From: Oculina patagonica
Lineage: Eukaryota
DNA: 64,000 bases
Direction of reading: 5' to 3'
Assembly (NCBI RefSeq): GCF_052425735.1
Contig: NC_135769.1
Span: forward strand, 18,662,001 to 18,726,000
The translations under genes were made by a program, and so were the position numbers. Of this stretch, positions 27,190-38,466 are shown piece by piece (within the stretch, counting starts at the first letter, position 1; each line of letters starts with the position of its first letter). Below the pieces are notes generated by a model. It had not been told where the DNA came from, did no database searches, and saw only the letters and a program-made list of their open reading frames with translations.

Positions 27190-27315
27190 GAGTCTCTCGT
27201 AGCTCAGTTGGTTAGAGCGCCCAATCGGTTTTGGGAGGCCATGGGTTCGGTTCCCGTTGGGGACTCAGAATTTTTCTTTGTCCCATGCTCGTGTCATGTT
27301 GAACATCTCATCTTT
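27190..27315 (+). mobile_element. tRNA-derived SINE (second family)
   Basis: GTAGCTCAGTTGGTTAGAGCG A box, GGTTCGGTTCCC B box, no closed acceptor stem, non-tRNA tail. Confidence 0.7.
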
Positions 27316-28070
27316 ATAATGTACCTTTTGTTGAATGCCACTATACGCAATGGTTTAACACAAAATTCGACTGTGCTTTTCTCCAACTTTTCACAAAAAA
27401 TTGTTTGAAACAGTAATGAATACTTCCAAAAACAATGAGCTTAAATTGCTTACAAAATATAATCTGCACTATCAGAAAATGCACTTTTAAATTTTACCTT
27501 TTTTGTTAGCGTCATGTCAATAAAATATACTGTCAAAAAAAATGCATATTAGAATTACGTTATAACTATGAAGTTACAAATGCAAAAACTGGCCAAAATT
27601 TATCAGTTGAACCAAGTTTTGAAACACAAAATAACAAGTATTAAAACTAACTGAAATTTACAAAGGTATAATTACAATTCATGACTCTCTTAATTAAGAA
27701 GTGCGTAATATGCGGTTCTGACAGCTGTCTTTTAAAGTTGTGAGAGCTTTCTGCTACTTTTGAAACTGAAAACACTTCGACATATAAGAATAATTAAAAA
27801 ACAAATCGGAAATATTGTGAAGACTGCACGTTAATCAATTTTGAGTCTCCCATCAATCTCGTCCGCAGAGCGCAACGCAGACCAAGCATGTGCAGAGTGC
27901 TCATCGATTGTCAGCCAATCAGCTTTAAATAAACTCAGAGACTGCGCACAATGATCGGAAGTCTATGAATTGTGGACTTTCAAATCGGGCTTGGCCAGAG
28001 TCCGAACCAGATGGAAAGGGGAAGGGGGCGAGTTTGATCGCTCATAATACATGTATGCTCGGACCATTCC

Positions 28071-29690
28071 CTAAGTAAACGGCATTTTACAAGGCTGATG
28101 TAAGGACTCTTTAAAACGCTTATGTAGAATTACTAGAAGGTTCGTGGAAGTCCACAAAGCTAAAGGCACCGCATTTACAATTGCTACTAAGATGTGTCTT
28201 TTCCATCTTCTTCGCCAAACAGCCATGACAGCCATATTCTGATAGCGAGTCTCGATCGCGAGAGACACGCTGGTGAAAAACCACTCAATTACCAGCGGAA
28301 CTGAAGTATGAATAGCAAATGAATGCAGTAGATTTAAAAGGGACTGGTTTTGTAAGTAAATAAATTGATACAAGTACAAAAGGCCATTTACGGCCACTAT
28401 AGCAGTTGATTCAAACAACATGCTCATGATAGCGATATCAGCCATTAGTCTCTCACGGCGAGGGGTACGAAAACTTCCCCAAGGAGCTGATGTTCTTTTC
28501 CAAATCACATGGCAGATGTGATCAATTAAAGCCATGACACTTCGTTCTATGACTTCTGCAACGCCGTGAATTACTCCAAGTATAGCGATGGATTGCAAAC
28601 TGTCAAGATCCGCTTGTAAAACTCTTAACAAAACCGCTGAGCCACAATATAAGGGCGCTAATAAGACATACGAATATCCCGGATGGGTAATGTTCCATAA
28701 TCGTTGAACAGAAATCCGCGAGATTGCTTTAAGTACGACTCCAATGAGAGGAGCGAAAATTGCGATAAGCAGTTTGCCTTCTTTGTCTTCTTTGTTGTAC
28801 ACTGGGTAAATGAAAGAGGCTACAGTAATGGCAAATATGAAACAAGAACAGCCAGGTATTGTCATTTGTAAGAACAAAGTCACCCGGCGTCTCCTTGACC
28901 GTATGCATAAATGCTTCGTTAGAAGATAGACTTGCCAACATACACTGATAAGAAACAAAACGTTGAGTGGGATCTTTTGTAAAGCCGAAAGTTTCGAATG
29001 AGATATTCCCAGGGCTTGTAGAGCAAAACGATAAATTGAATCCAAACAATAAACAAGGAAACAAACCAGGATCAGTTTTCTTTTAACGCCAATCAACTGA
29101 TATAGGCGGAAAAGAAATAGCATACTTACAAAGTACCAAATGTATAGAAAAGCACAAGAGATCACGACGGAAGTTGTTCTTATCCACTGTACTTTATCTG
29201 GGATTGGGCGTTTTCCTGAGTGAAACTCACAGCTGTGCAAAGTCTTATAACAGGCATAGGAGATCAAAATGTATACTGAACCTATCATGATAGCAGTGAA
29301 GAGTGAAATCAAAGCTCCCATGTACATTGATTTACAAATTGTACGGAGAGCTGATGGTCTGAGTCGCTTCCAAGCCATTGCTCTATCTTCGTCTTGCTGA
29401 TCTTCATGTGGTTCTTCGTTTTCCTCTGGTGAGCACGCGTTTATAACCCTAATGTTAAGACGGTTAGATGCTAGATAATCCAAGCTTGTGGCTTCTCTGT
29501 CGCTGTATTCTTGATAAATAAGCTCATTAACAGGATGATAATACCATTCTCTACCTGTGCTTTGTAGAGGATCGTAGCCAAAAGACTCTGCCGTGAATTC
29601 AGGTTCTTCTGGGTTGTAGTGTTCTGTCACGCCTCGTGTAAAACTAAACACGATATGACCAAACACCTCTATCAATGTACTGCTACTCAT
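28071..29690 (-). CDS. Uncharacterised intronless ~11-TM membrane protein, copy A (539 aa)
   Basis: Intact ORF from ATG 29690 (MSSSTLIEVFG) to QPCKMPFT*; about 11 hydrophobic segments; colinear with the other paralogs. Confidence 0.92.
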   Translation of the reverse strand: MSSSTLIEVFGHIVFSFTRGVTEHYNPEEPEFTAESFGYDPLQSTGREWYYHPVNELIYQEYSDREATSLDYLASNRLNIRVINACSPEENEEPHEDQQDEDRAMAWKRLRPSALRTICKSMYMGALISLFTAIMIGSVYILISYACYKTLHSCEFHSGKRPIPDKVQWIRTTSVVISCAFLYIWYFVSMLFLFRLYQLIGVKRKLILVCFLVYCLDSIYRFALQALGISHSKLSALQKIPLNVLFLISVCWQVYLLTKHLCIRSRRRRVTLFLQMTIPGCSCFIFAITVASFIYPVYNKEDKEGKLLIAIFAPLIGVVLKAISRISVQRLWNITHPGYSYVLLAPLYCGSAVLLRVLQADLDSLQSIAILGVIHGVAEVIERSVMALIDHICHVIWKRTSAPWGSFRTPRRERLMADIAIMSMLFESTAIVAVNGLLYLYQFIYLQNQSLLNLLHSFAIHTSVPLVIEWFFTSVSLAIETRYQNMAVMAVWRRRWKRHILVAIVNAVPLALWTSTNLLVILHKRFKESLHQPCKMPFT

Positions 29691-30873
29691 TTTACGTGGC
29701 AAAATAAATTAGGTATTTAAATCTCAAAAACGCTGTTGCCGTTTCTGTAGAACGTTCAGTTTTTCGACCCGGCCAATGCGAGTGAAAAGACTGAAATGTG
29801 TCTGATGGACAACAGTGGAAAATGAAATTTCAACGTTTCAGAGCTTGTTTAAACTTTAAAAGCTTTAAGAGTGACAGTGTTTATCAGTACATTGTCAAAA
29901 TGTTATAAAAAACGACAATTCTTTAGGGTGTGGTTTAAATGATAGAGACTATGGTAATTAACGACGTGGTAAAATTATGAGTTTATTTTTGTTGGCGAAA
30001 AAGAAATAAAGATTAGGTCAATTTCTATGAGAACGTCAGTTTTGAACTAGAGTTGACATTTAATGCTCAGTTATAGTATTTGTTGCTTTGTACGGCTGTG
30101 ATGGCTTTCTGTAGCTAGTAACATCTCATCAGTAAAATGAACATTTCATTTTCTTGTTTGAACAAGCATAAGCCGGAAATCAAGGCGTAGCGAGGTTATT
30201 GTTATTAAGCGAATGGAGAGTTGTTTATTGTCAGGCCATCGAGCCTTCTAGTGATATTTGCTCAGCGTGACTCAATTGGGTGCGCAAAATGTGGTGCACA
30301 GCAATTGCCGAAAAGAAATGTAAGGGCGACCCATTCTCGTCCCCAGAGGCCGCGATCCTTCTGGTCAGCACCAGAAGAGTCGCGGGCTCAAAAGCTAATC
30401 GCAAATAAACCGGAGTAAAAATAAGATATTAAATTAATGGGTGCCATTCCGTCATTCCGCCGAATAGGGTCAGCTTAAATTTAATATTTCGTATATTTCA
30501 AGTGTACCATGTTATATATAAAGTCCTGTACGTATTTGTTTTCTTTGTGAATGTGAGCCGATACTATAGGGGAATGCAGAAGATGTCACTGTTGAACAAA
30601 TATCAACCACTTGAATTAATATTTCTCATAGTCGAATAGTTGTCGCTTGTACGTTAATAACTGAATATTGGTACCGAATATAAATAGCAATGTTAAATAA
30701 TGTGAACTGTTTTTTTTCTGTAACTCGTATTGATCGTGAATGTGAATGGTTTACTTTTAGTGAAATTGAAAACATATCATGCCCTGAATTTCCTATCATT
30801 TTGCTAATTTAAGGTGTCTTGTACTGAAACTATCAGCTCTAACTGACCGCACTATTCGCGCTCGTCAGTGAAA
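29691..30873. promoter_or_regulatory. Divergent intergenic/promoter module between copies A and B
   Basis: Head-to-head ATGs 1.18 kb apart. Re-occurs inverted at ~38467-39676, and partly at ~58222-58327 and ~52803-52886. Confidence 0.6.
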
Positions 30874-32490
30874 ATGACCAGCAGTACGCTGATAGAAATG
30901 TTTGGTCATATCGTGTTCAGTTTCACAAAAGGCGTTACAGAGCACTACAACCCGGAAGAACCTGAATTCACGGCAGAGTCTTTTGGCTACGATCCTCTAC
31001 AAAGCACAGGTCGAGAATGGTATTATCTTCCTGTTGATGAGCTCATTTATGAGGAATACAGCGACAGGGCAGTCACAAGCTTTCACTATCTGCCGTCAAG
31101 CCGTCTTAATGTGAAGGTTATAAACGCGTGTTCGCCAGAGGAAAACGAAGAACCTCAGGAAGACCAGCAAGATGAAGATAGAGCAATGGCTTGGAAGCGA
31201 CTCAGACCATCCGCTCTGCGTACAGTTTGTAAATCAATGTATATTGGAGCTTTGATTTCACTACTAACTGCTTCTTTCATAGGTTTAGTGTACATGCTCA
31301 TCTCGTATGTCTCTTACAAAACTATTCTTAATTGTCAATTTCACACAAAGAAGACAATTCCAGTACAAATTCAGTGGATAAATTCGATATCTGGTGTGAT
31401 CTCGAGCGCTTTTCTGTACATGTGGTACTTTGCAAGTATCCTCATTCTTTTTCGTCCGTATCAGTTAATGGGAGTGAAAAGGAAACTCATTCTGGTTTGT
31501 TTTCTTGTGTATTGTCTAGATGTACTGTATCGTGTGACTCTACAAGTTTTAAGAATATCGTATTCCAAGCCTTCAATGTTACAAAAGATTCCACTCAACG
31601 TTCTGTTTTTTATCAGCGTTTGTTTGCAAATTTATCTTCTAAAGCAACACTTCCTCATGGGACGGTCAAGAAGACAACAGATGATTTTTTTCCTCCAAAT
31701 GATTCTACCAAACTGCTTTTGTTTTATTCTTGCTTTGATCACAGTGTCTTTTATTTACCCAGCGTTCAACAAACAACACAATGAGGGTAAATTGTTAATT
31801 GCAACCTTCACTCCTCTTGTTGGAGTCGTACTCAAAGTAATCTCGAGAATTTCAGTTCAGCAGTTACGGAACATTACCCATCCGGGATATTCTTATGTCT
31901 TATTAGTGCCGCTGTATCTTGGCTCAGCGGTTATGTTTCGAGTTTTACAAGCGGATCTTGAAAGTATGCAATCCATTGTTATTCTTGGAATAATTCACGG
32001 TGCTGCAGAAGTCATAGAACGAAGCACCATGGTTGTGATCGATCACATTTGTCATCGGATTTGGAAAGGAACATCAGCTCCTTGGGGTAGTTTTCGTACT
32101 CCTCGCCGTGAGAGACTAATGGCTGATATCGCTATCATGAGTATGTTATATGAATCAACTGCTATTGTATCTGTAAATGGCTTTTTGCATTTGTATCAAG
32201 TTGCTTACCTACAAAACGATTCCCTTTTAAAATTAATGCAGTCTTTTGCCATTTATACTTCAGTCCCACTGGTGATTGAGTGGTTTTTCACCAGCGTGTC
32301 ATTGGCGATCGAGACTCGCTATCAGAATATTGCTGTTATGGCTGTTTGGCGCAAGAGATGGAAAAGACACATGTTAGCAGCTATTGTTAACGTGGTACCA
32401 ATAGCTATATGGACTAGTACTAATCTTTTAGTCATTGTACATGAGCGCTTTGGTGGGGCCAATCAACCTTGCAAAATTCCATTCACTTGA
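30874..32490 (+). CDS. ~11-TM family copy B (538 aa)
   Basis: Intact ORF from ATG 30874. Confidence 0.92.
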   Translation: MTSSTLIEMFGHIVFSFTKGVTEHYNPEEPEFTAESFGYDPLQSTGREWYYLPVDELIYEEYSDRAVTSFHYLPSSRLNVKVINACSPEENEEPQEDQQDEDRAMAWKRLRPSALRTVCKSMYIGALISLLTASFIGLVYMLISYVSYKTILNCQFHTKKTIPVQIQWINSISGVISSAFLYMWYFASILILFRPYQLMGVKRKLILVCFLVYCLDVLYRVTLQVLRISYSKPSMLQKIPLNVLFFISVCLQIYLLKQHFLMGRSRRQQMIFFLQMILPNCFCFILALITVSFIYPAFNKQHNEGKLLIATFTPLVGVVLKVISRISVQQLRNITHPGYSYVLLVPLYLGSAVMFRVLQADLESMQSIVILGIIHGAAEVIERSTMVVIDHICHRIWKGTSAPWGSFRTPRRERLMADIAIMSMLYESTAIVSVNGFLHLYQVAYLQNDSLLKLMQSFAIYTSVPLVIEWFFTSVSLAIETRYQNIAVMAVWRKRWKRHMLAAIVNVVPIAIWTSTNLLVIVHERFGGANQPCKIPFT

Positions 32491-33643
32491 AGTTACTTGA
32501 AAAAAGACAGCGTACAGGGAACCGTGATAAGCCTGTGAAACACCAGTACTTAACGTAAGATAAAGGTTTTTAGTCAGACAGGTCCAAATGGGGTCAAAAT
32601 TCAACAAGAGGCCTTGACAGCCTTCGCTACATAAAATACATGACTGTCTGGCCGAGTTGAATATCGAGGAGCAAGCTAATTAGTGTAGTAGTTAAACTGA
32701 GAAATTATCGTTTTTATGTTGTGCGAATTTTCATTTTTTTAACGTACATTTAAAACGATTTTGCTTTCTAAATCCTGAATATACTCGATCTGCAGAGAGC
32801 ATGATGTTAGTTGTCTATCAGCAATAGACACAATCCTCGGCAGTCAGTTTATCTGAAGTCAAAAGAAACCAACAGCGAGTGGAAAACTGTTCTGGAGAAA
32901 TCTAGTTCGTGATCTCGTAAAAACTGAACGTGATTGATAAAATAACAATAAAACTAATCAATTGAGCGTTTTATTTAACACTTTGGCTGATGCATGAAAA
33001 ACCGTGGGCTCACCTACAGGGCCAATCTCAGCAAGTGGGTTATATTGCATTTGTTTCCTTGGGTATTGCCTCGTTCATGACGCGAGCTGCCAGAACTTAT
33101 ATCTATCTTGCAGTTTTCACAAATCAGGATGAAATGGACAACACAGCCACAACTTAGTCAACAACGAACTCGTTGCCAATCTGTCTCCTCAGTCGCATGC
33201 CTGATTTTGCCAATTGTATTCGCCTCTTCAACAAAGCGAAACCCAAGCTTCAGTTTAATTAAAAACAGCTGAAGGCTGTCTTAAAAATACTCAGCAGGTT
33301 TTCATATTTGGAGCAACTTTTTTGTTTTCTGAACAGTTTCTAGGCCGAATATTCTTCAATTGTTGTTCGAAAGCCATACGAACGTTTCCGATCATTTTTC
33401 GGACTTTTCCGAAGATGAACAGTTTCCCGAAGACTTAAAGGAATTTTCGAAGTTGTTTGAACTCATACACTTGTTGTTTGAACTCAGCCCCCTGCCCTGA
33501 AGCCCCCCCTGCCCCCCTCCCCGCTCTGCTGCCTATTGAATGACACAAAAGGAAGTCATAAGAAACCAACCAATTTGTGGCAACATGAATTCGAGTTTCG
33601 TTTACCACTGAACGGTATAAGAACATTTGTCGTCAACGTAACG

Positions 33644-33754
33644 CTGACTCGTCCCCAGTCGTCTTCATACAGCACGCGGCAAAGATACAGCGGAGGGAGA
33701 GATGTGCTTCTCCCTTTGCCGTGTGCCATATGAAGACGACTGGGGACGAGTCAG
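33644..33754. mobile_element. 111-bp palindromic MITE with a 9-bp TSD, ~160 bp upstream of copy C
   Basis: TIR CTGACTCGTCCCCAGTCGTCTTCATA / TATGAAGACGACTGGGGACGAGTCAG; AACGTAACG duplicated on both sides. Confidence 0.85.
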
Positions 33755-33915
33755 AACGTAACGTGTTTTTTACAGGAAGACGATCGACTGATGCCCGCAC
33801 GATTTCCGGAAAAGACTGTTAAACCGAAACAATTTCTTGGCAACAAAAATAAAGGGCTGAAAAGCTAACAAGCTATCTAAAATTGCAACAACTCGAGTAA
33901 CTTTATCGAGAAAAA

Positions 33916-35532
33916 ATGAGTAGCAGTACACTAATAGAGGTATTTGGTCATATCGTGTTCAGTTTTGCACGAGGCGTGACAGAGCACTACAACCCAGAAG
34001 AACCTGAATTCACAGCAGAGTCTTTTGGATACGATCCTCTACAAAGCACTGGTCGAGAATGGTATTATCTCCCTGTTGACGAGCTTATTTATGAAGAATA
34101 CAGCGACAGAGAGGCCACAAGCTTGGACTATCTAGCGTCTAGCAGTCTCAATATAAGGGTTATAGACGCGTGTTCGCCAGAGGAGAACGAAGAAACTCAG
34201 AAAGATCATCAAGATGGAGATAGAGCAATGGCTTGGAAGCGGCTCAGGCCATCCGCTTTCCGTACAGTTTGTAAATCAATGTACATTGGAGCTTTGATTT
34301 CATTACTTAGTGCTACCATCATAGGTTCAGTGTACATGCTCATCTCATATGTCTCTTGCAAAACTAAACTCAATTGCCAATTTCATCCAAAGAAGACAAT
34401 TCCAGTACAAGTTCAGTGGATGAGATCAATTTCTGGTGTGATATCTTCTGCTTGTCTTTACGTTTGGGTCTTTTCAAATATGTTATTTCTTTTTCGCCCA
34501 CACCAGTTGACAGGGGTGAAAACAAAACTTATCCTGGTTTGTTGTCTACCTTACTGTTTAGATGTTTCTTATCGTGTGGCTCTACAAGCCCTAGGAATAT
34601 CCTATTCCGAGCCTTCTACCTTACAAAGAGCTCCATGCAACGTTTTGTTTCTAATCAGTATATGTTGGCAAGTTTATCTTCTAAAGAGTCACTTCCATAT
34701 GCTACGGCCAAGAGCACAACAGATGATATTTTTCCTTCAAATGATTATACCTAGCTGTTTTTGTTTAGCTCTTGCTATGATTACTGCGTCCTTTATTTAC
34801 CCAGCCTACAACAAGCAAAGCAAGGAAGGTAAATTACTAATCGCGATTTTCGCACCTCTTGCTGGAGTTGCACTTAAAGTAATATCGAGAATTTCCGTTC
34901 AGCGGTTACGGAACATCACCCATCCGGGATATTCCTATGTCTTATTAGTGGCCCTGTATTTTGGCTCAGCGGTCATGTTTCGAGTTTTACAAGCGGATCT
35001 TGACAGTTTGGAATCCATCACCATTCTTGGAATAATTCACGGCGTTGCAGAAGTTATAGAACGAAGCACCATAGTTGTTATTGATCACATTTGTCACGTG
35101 ATTTGGAAAAGAACATCAGCTCCTTGGGGAAGTTTTCGTACTCCTCGCCGTGAAAGACTAATGGCTGATATCGCTATCTTGAGCATGTTATCTGAATCTA
35201 CTGCTATCGTGTCTGTAAATGGATTTTTGTACTTGTATCAATTTATTTACATACAAAATGAGTCCCTTTTAAACCTTCTGCAATGTTTCGCTATTCATAC
35301 TTCAGTTCAGCTGTTGATTGAGTGGTTTTTCACCAGCGTGTGTCTAGCGATCGAGACTCGCTATCAGAATATGGCTGTCATGGCTGTTTGGCGAAAAAGA
35401 TGGAAAAGACATGTATTAGTAGCAGTCGTTAATGTGGTGCCTTTAGCACTGTGGACTAGTACTAACCTTATAGTAATTGTACATGGGCGCTTTGGTGAGG
35501 TCAATCAACCTTGCAAGCTGCCATTTACTTAA
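33916..35532 (+). CDS. ~11-TM family copy C (538 aa)
   Basis: Intact ORF. Confidence 0.92.
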   Translation: MSSSTLIEVFGHIVFSFARGVTEHYNPEEPEFTAESFGYDPLQSTGREWYYLPVDELIYEEYSDREATSLDYLASSSLNIRVIDACSPEENEETQKDHQDGDRAMAWKRLRPSAFRTVCKSMYIGALISLLSATIIGSVYMLISYVSCKTKLNCQFHPKKTIPVQVQWMRSISGVISSACLYVWVFSNMLFLFRPHQLTGVKTKLILVCCLPYCLDVSYRVALQALGISYSEPSTLQRAPCNVLFLISICWQVYLLKSHFHMLRPRAQQMIFFLQMIIPSCFCLALAMITASFIYPAYNKQSKEGKLLIAIFAPLAGVALKVISRISVQRLRNITHPGYSYVLLVALYFGSAVMFRVLQADLDSLESITILGIIHGVAEVIERSTIVVIDHICHVIWKRTSAPWGSFRTPRRERLMADIAILSMLSESTAIVSVNGFLYLYQFIYIQNESLLNLLQCFAIHTSVQLLIEWFFTSVCLAIETRYQNMAVMAVWRKRWKRHVLVAVVNVVPLALWTSTNLIVIVHGRFGEVNQPCKLPFT

Positions 35533-36333
35533 GGTCGCGCAGGACCCTTGCAATCATTATGTATGTATTTATTTAAAGAGTATGCACGAACTGCGACGAC
35601 TGAAGCCGACAACAAACGAAATATTCATGAAAATTGTTTTTCTCAGAGTTCTTTGTACAAGTAATTACACGGTATTGTTCTCAGCCTCGTAACCCGTGCG
35701 CTGGAACATAGCGAATTATCATAATTAGATTCACAGCTTTAAATAAAGCACACGTTGTTGTAAACATCGACTCGGAAGGTCTTCGGAAGCCTCAAAACCT
35801 GCAATTTTGTGTCCAAGTTTTCTCCGCCGATATAGAATTTCAAGAGTTGATTCGCGAGGAACATAAACTTGGTGTACTCTATTGTGTTCTGGCTAGAGCG
35901 AATTTTTAAATTTCCTTCTCAAAATGAAGATAGCATGTTTCAAAGTTTAGATTTCACATTTTTACTCTCTTAGAAGCCATTAACTTGTAGCAGTTTTTGA
36001 AATCGAAAATTTCGTTCTAGTGGGAACACAAAAGAAGTTACGATTTATCACTAGGCTATATAATCATTTAATTTGGTGCACTGTGCTAGCTGAAAACTTG
36101 GACACAAAATCGCATTATCTTCAGTTAAACTTTTAAGGGCTTGTAACATCACAGACAACGGTCATCTCTCAGTAAAAGGACAATCGTGATGTAATTACAT
36201 CAACCCTGAGTATCCTTATCAAATTTTAGAGGAATCGATATTCAAAATGTAGTGAATCAAAGCTTTACAAGACAGCACTCCAACAAGAAATTTGGCTAAT
36301 GAATATATTAATGAGCAAGGGTCCTGCGCGACC
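35533..36333. mobile_element. Non-autonomous TTAA-specific DNA transposon (Kolobok-like GG..CC ends), inserted at the stop codon of copy C
   Basis: Perfect 19-bp TIR GGTCGCGCAGGACCCTTGC and a TTAA TSD. Paralog D has the empty site (ACT TAAGC). Confidence 0.85.
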
Positions 36334-37318
36334 TTAAGCATTGACCGCGCACAGGGAACCGTGATGCGCCCGAGTACTTTTCAACTCAAAGCCTTTTTGT
36401 CTCAGCTGTCCACCTGCGAGTCCCCATTCATAAAGACGCCTAAAAAACTCTAGGTACGAGATAATTAAGAATTGACTCATTCTTAGCGTGCGTTAAGTTA
36501 TGGATGCACACGGGTACTTTGGAGGCTAAAGCACGAAAGGAGCGTAAGAGTTGCAAGAGTTTCTTGATGTCGCATTTAAAATCTTAAATATACTTGAGAA
36601 TGTGTCTACCACTGACCTTCTTAGGTCTTCTTACAATTTCATTTTCAATACAGAGATATAGCCTAAGACAGGCAGACTTGTTTCATTTACCGAAAGCGCG
36701 GACTGAAGAAAATCATTTAATTATCTTCTTATCTTATTTATAATCGTATTCAAAATAACATGTAATTTTTTAATTTTTCTTATATATTTTTTACAGATAT
36801 AATTTAGCTCAGGTATAAGTATTTTTATATATCTTACTTTTACACGTTTATACATAAGCAAGGTTCATGAACTTCTTATTTTTTATTTATATTTTAATCA
36901 GGGCTTCTGTCTATACGTAGAAGAAGAGATTTGTTAAACAATTTGACGATAAAACATTGCGATAAAATAGAAAATGTTAAAACTATCTTGGTTTAAAAAG
37001 TTTTAAAAAGGCCACGACGTTTCGATGTGCGCTTAACGTCATTATCAAGTCAAAAATAAATAAAATTAGGTACGACTATAAAGATAGAAGGAAATTCCTA
37101 AGAGACGCATCGTTGCCGAGTCTCGCGCATGGTTTGATGAATACAACTACCGTGATTCCATGCAGGCGCGCGCTATAGAGGGAATTGACAAGTTGTCTAG
37201 AAAACTTGCCAGAGTTTGTCTTCTTGACAAACCACTGGCAACCTTGTCGCAAGGGCCCGAGGGTCGGGAAGAAAAGAGATCCTGGGAACGAGGTTGTCTC
37301 TTAGACAACCTAGTATAG

Positions 37319-38463
37319 TACGATTCTCTACAAAGCACAGGTCGAGAATGGTTTTATCTTCCTGTTGATGAGCTTATTTATCAAGAATATAGCGTCAGAG
37401 AAGCCACAAGCTTGTACTATCAAGCGTCAAGTAGTCTCGATATAAGGGTTATAAACGCGTGTTCACCAGAGGAAAACGAAGAAACACAGGACGATCATCG
37501 AGATGAAGATAGAGCAATGGTTTGTAAAAGACTCAGACCATCCGCTCTCCGTACAGTTTGTAAATCAATGTACATGGGAGCTTTGATTCCACTACTTACT
37601 GCTACCATGCGGATAGGTTCAGTATACATGCTCATCTTATATCTCTCTTACAAAACTATTCTTAATTGTCAATTTCACACAAAGAAGACAATTCCAGTAC
37701 AAATTCAGTGGATAAATTCGATATCTGGTGTGATCTCGAGCGCTTTTCTGTACATGTGGTACTTTGCAAGTATCCTCATTCTTTTTCGTCCGTATCAGTT
37801 AATGGGAGTGAAAAGGAAACTTATTCTGGTTTGTTTTCTTGTGTATTGTCTAGATGTACTGTATCGTGTGCCTCTACAAGTTTTAAGAATATCGTATTCC
37901 AAGCCTTCAATGTTACAAAAGATTCCACTCAACGTTCTCAACGTTCGTTCATTGGAGTTTTGATTTCATTACTTAGTGCTACCATCATAGGTTCAGTGTA
38001 CATGCTCATCTCATATGTCTCTTACAAAACTAAACTCAATTGCCAATTTCATCCAAAGAAGACAATTCCAGTACAAGTTCAGTGGATGAGATCAATTTTT
38101 GGTGTGATATCTTGTGCTTTTCTTTACATTTGGTCCTTTTCAAATATGTTATTTCATTTTCGCCCACAAAAAACAAAACTTTTCCTGGTTTGTTGTCTAC
38201 CTTATTGTTTAAATGTTTCTTATCGTGTGGCTCTACAAGCCCTAGGAATATTGTATTCAAAGCTTTCTACGTTAGGAAGAGCTCCATGCAACGTTTTGTT
38301 TTAAATCAGTATATGTTGGCAAGTTTATCTTCTAAAAAATCACTTCTATATGCTACGGTCAAGACCAACAGGTGATTTTTCCCTTCAAATGATACTACCT
38401 AGCTGTTATTGTTTCACTCTTGCTATGATTATTGCGTCTTTCATTTACCCAACAAGCAAGCAA
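37319..38463 (+). pseudogene. Chimeric pseudogene of the 11-TM family (psi1)
   Basis: Lacks the first ~38 codons and has frameshifts. A B-type loop1-TM4 block is followed at ~37950 by a jump back to a C-type TM1-TM5 block; it ends at FIYP/NKQ. Confidence 0.9.
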
Positions 38464-38466
38464 CAC

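Noticed and set aside
27190-27270. tRNA gene
   Set aside because: A and B boxes are present, but the acceptor stem does not close and the sequence continues into a SINE tail.
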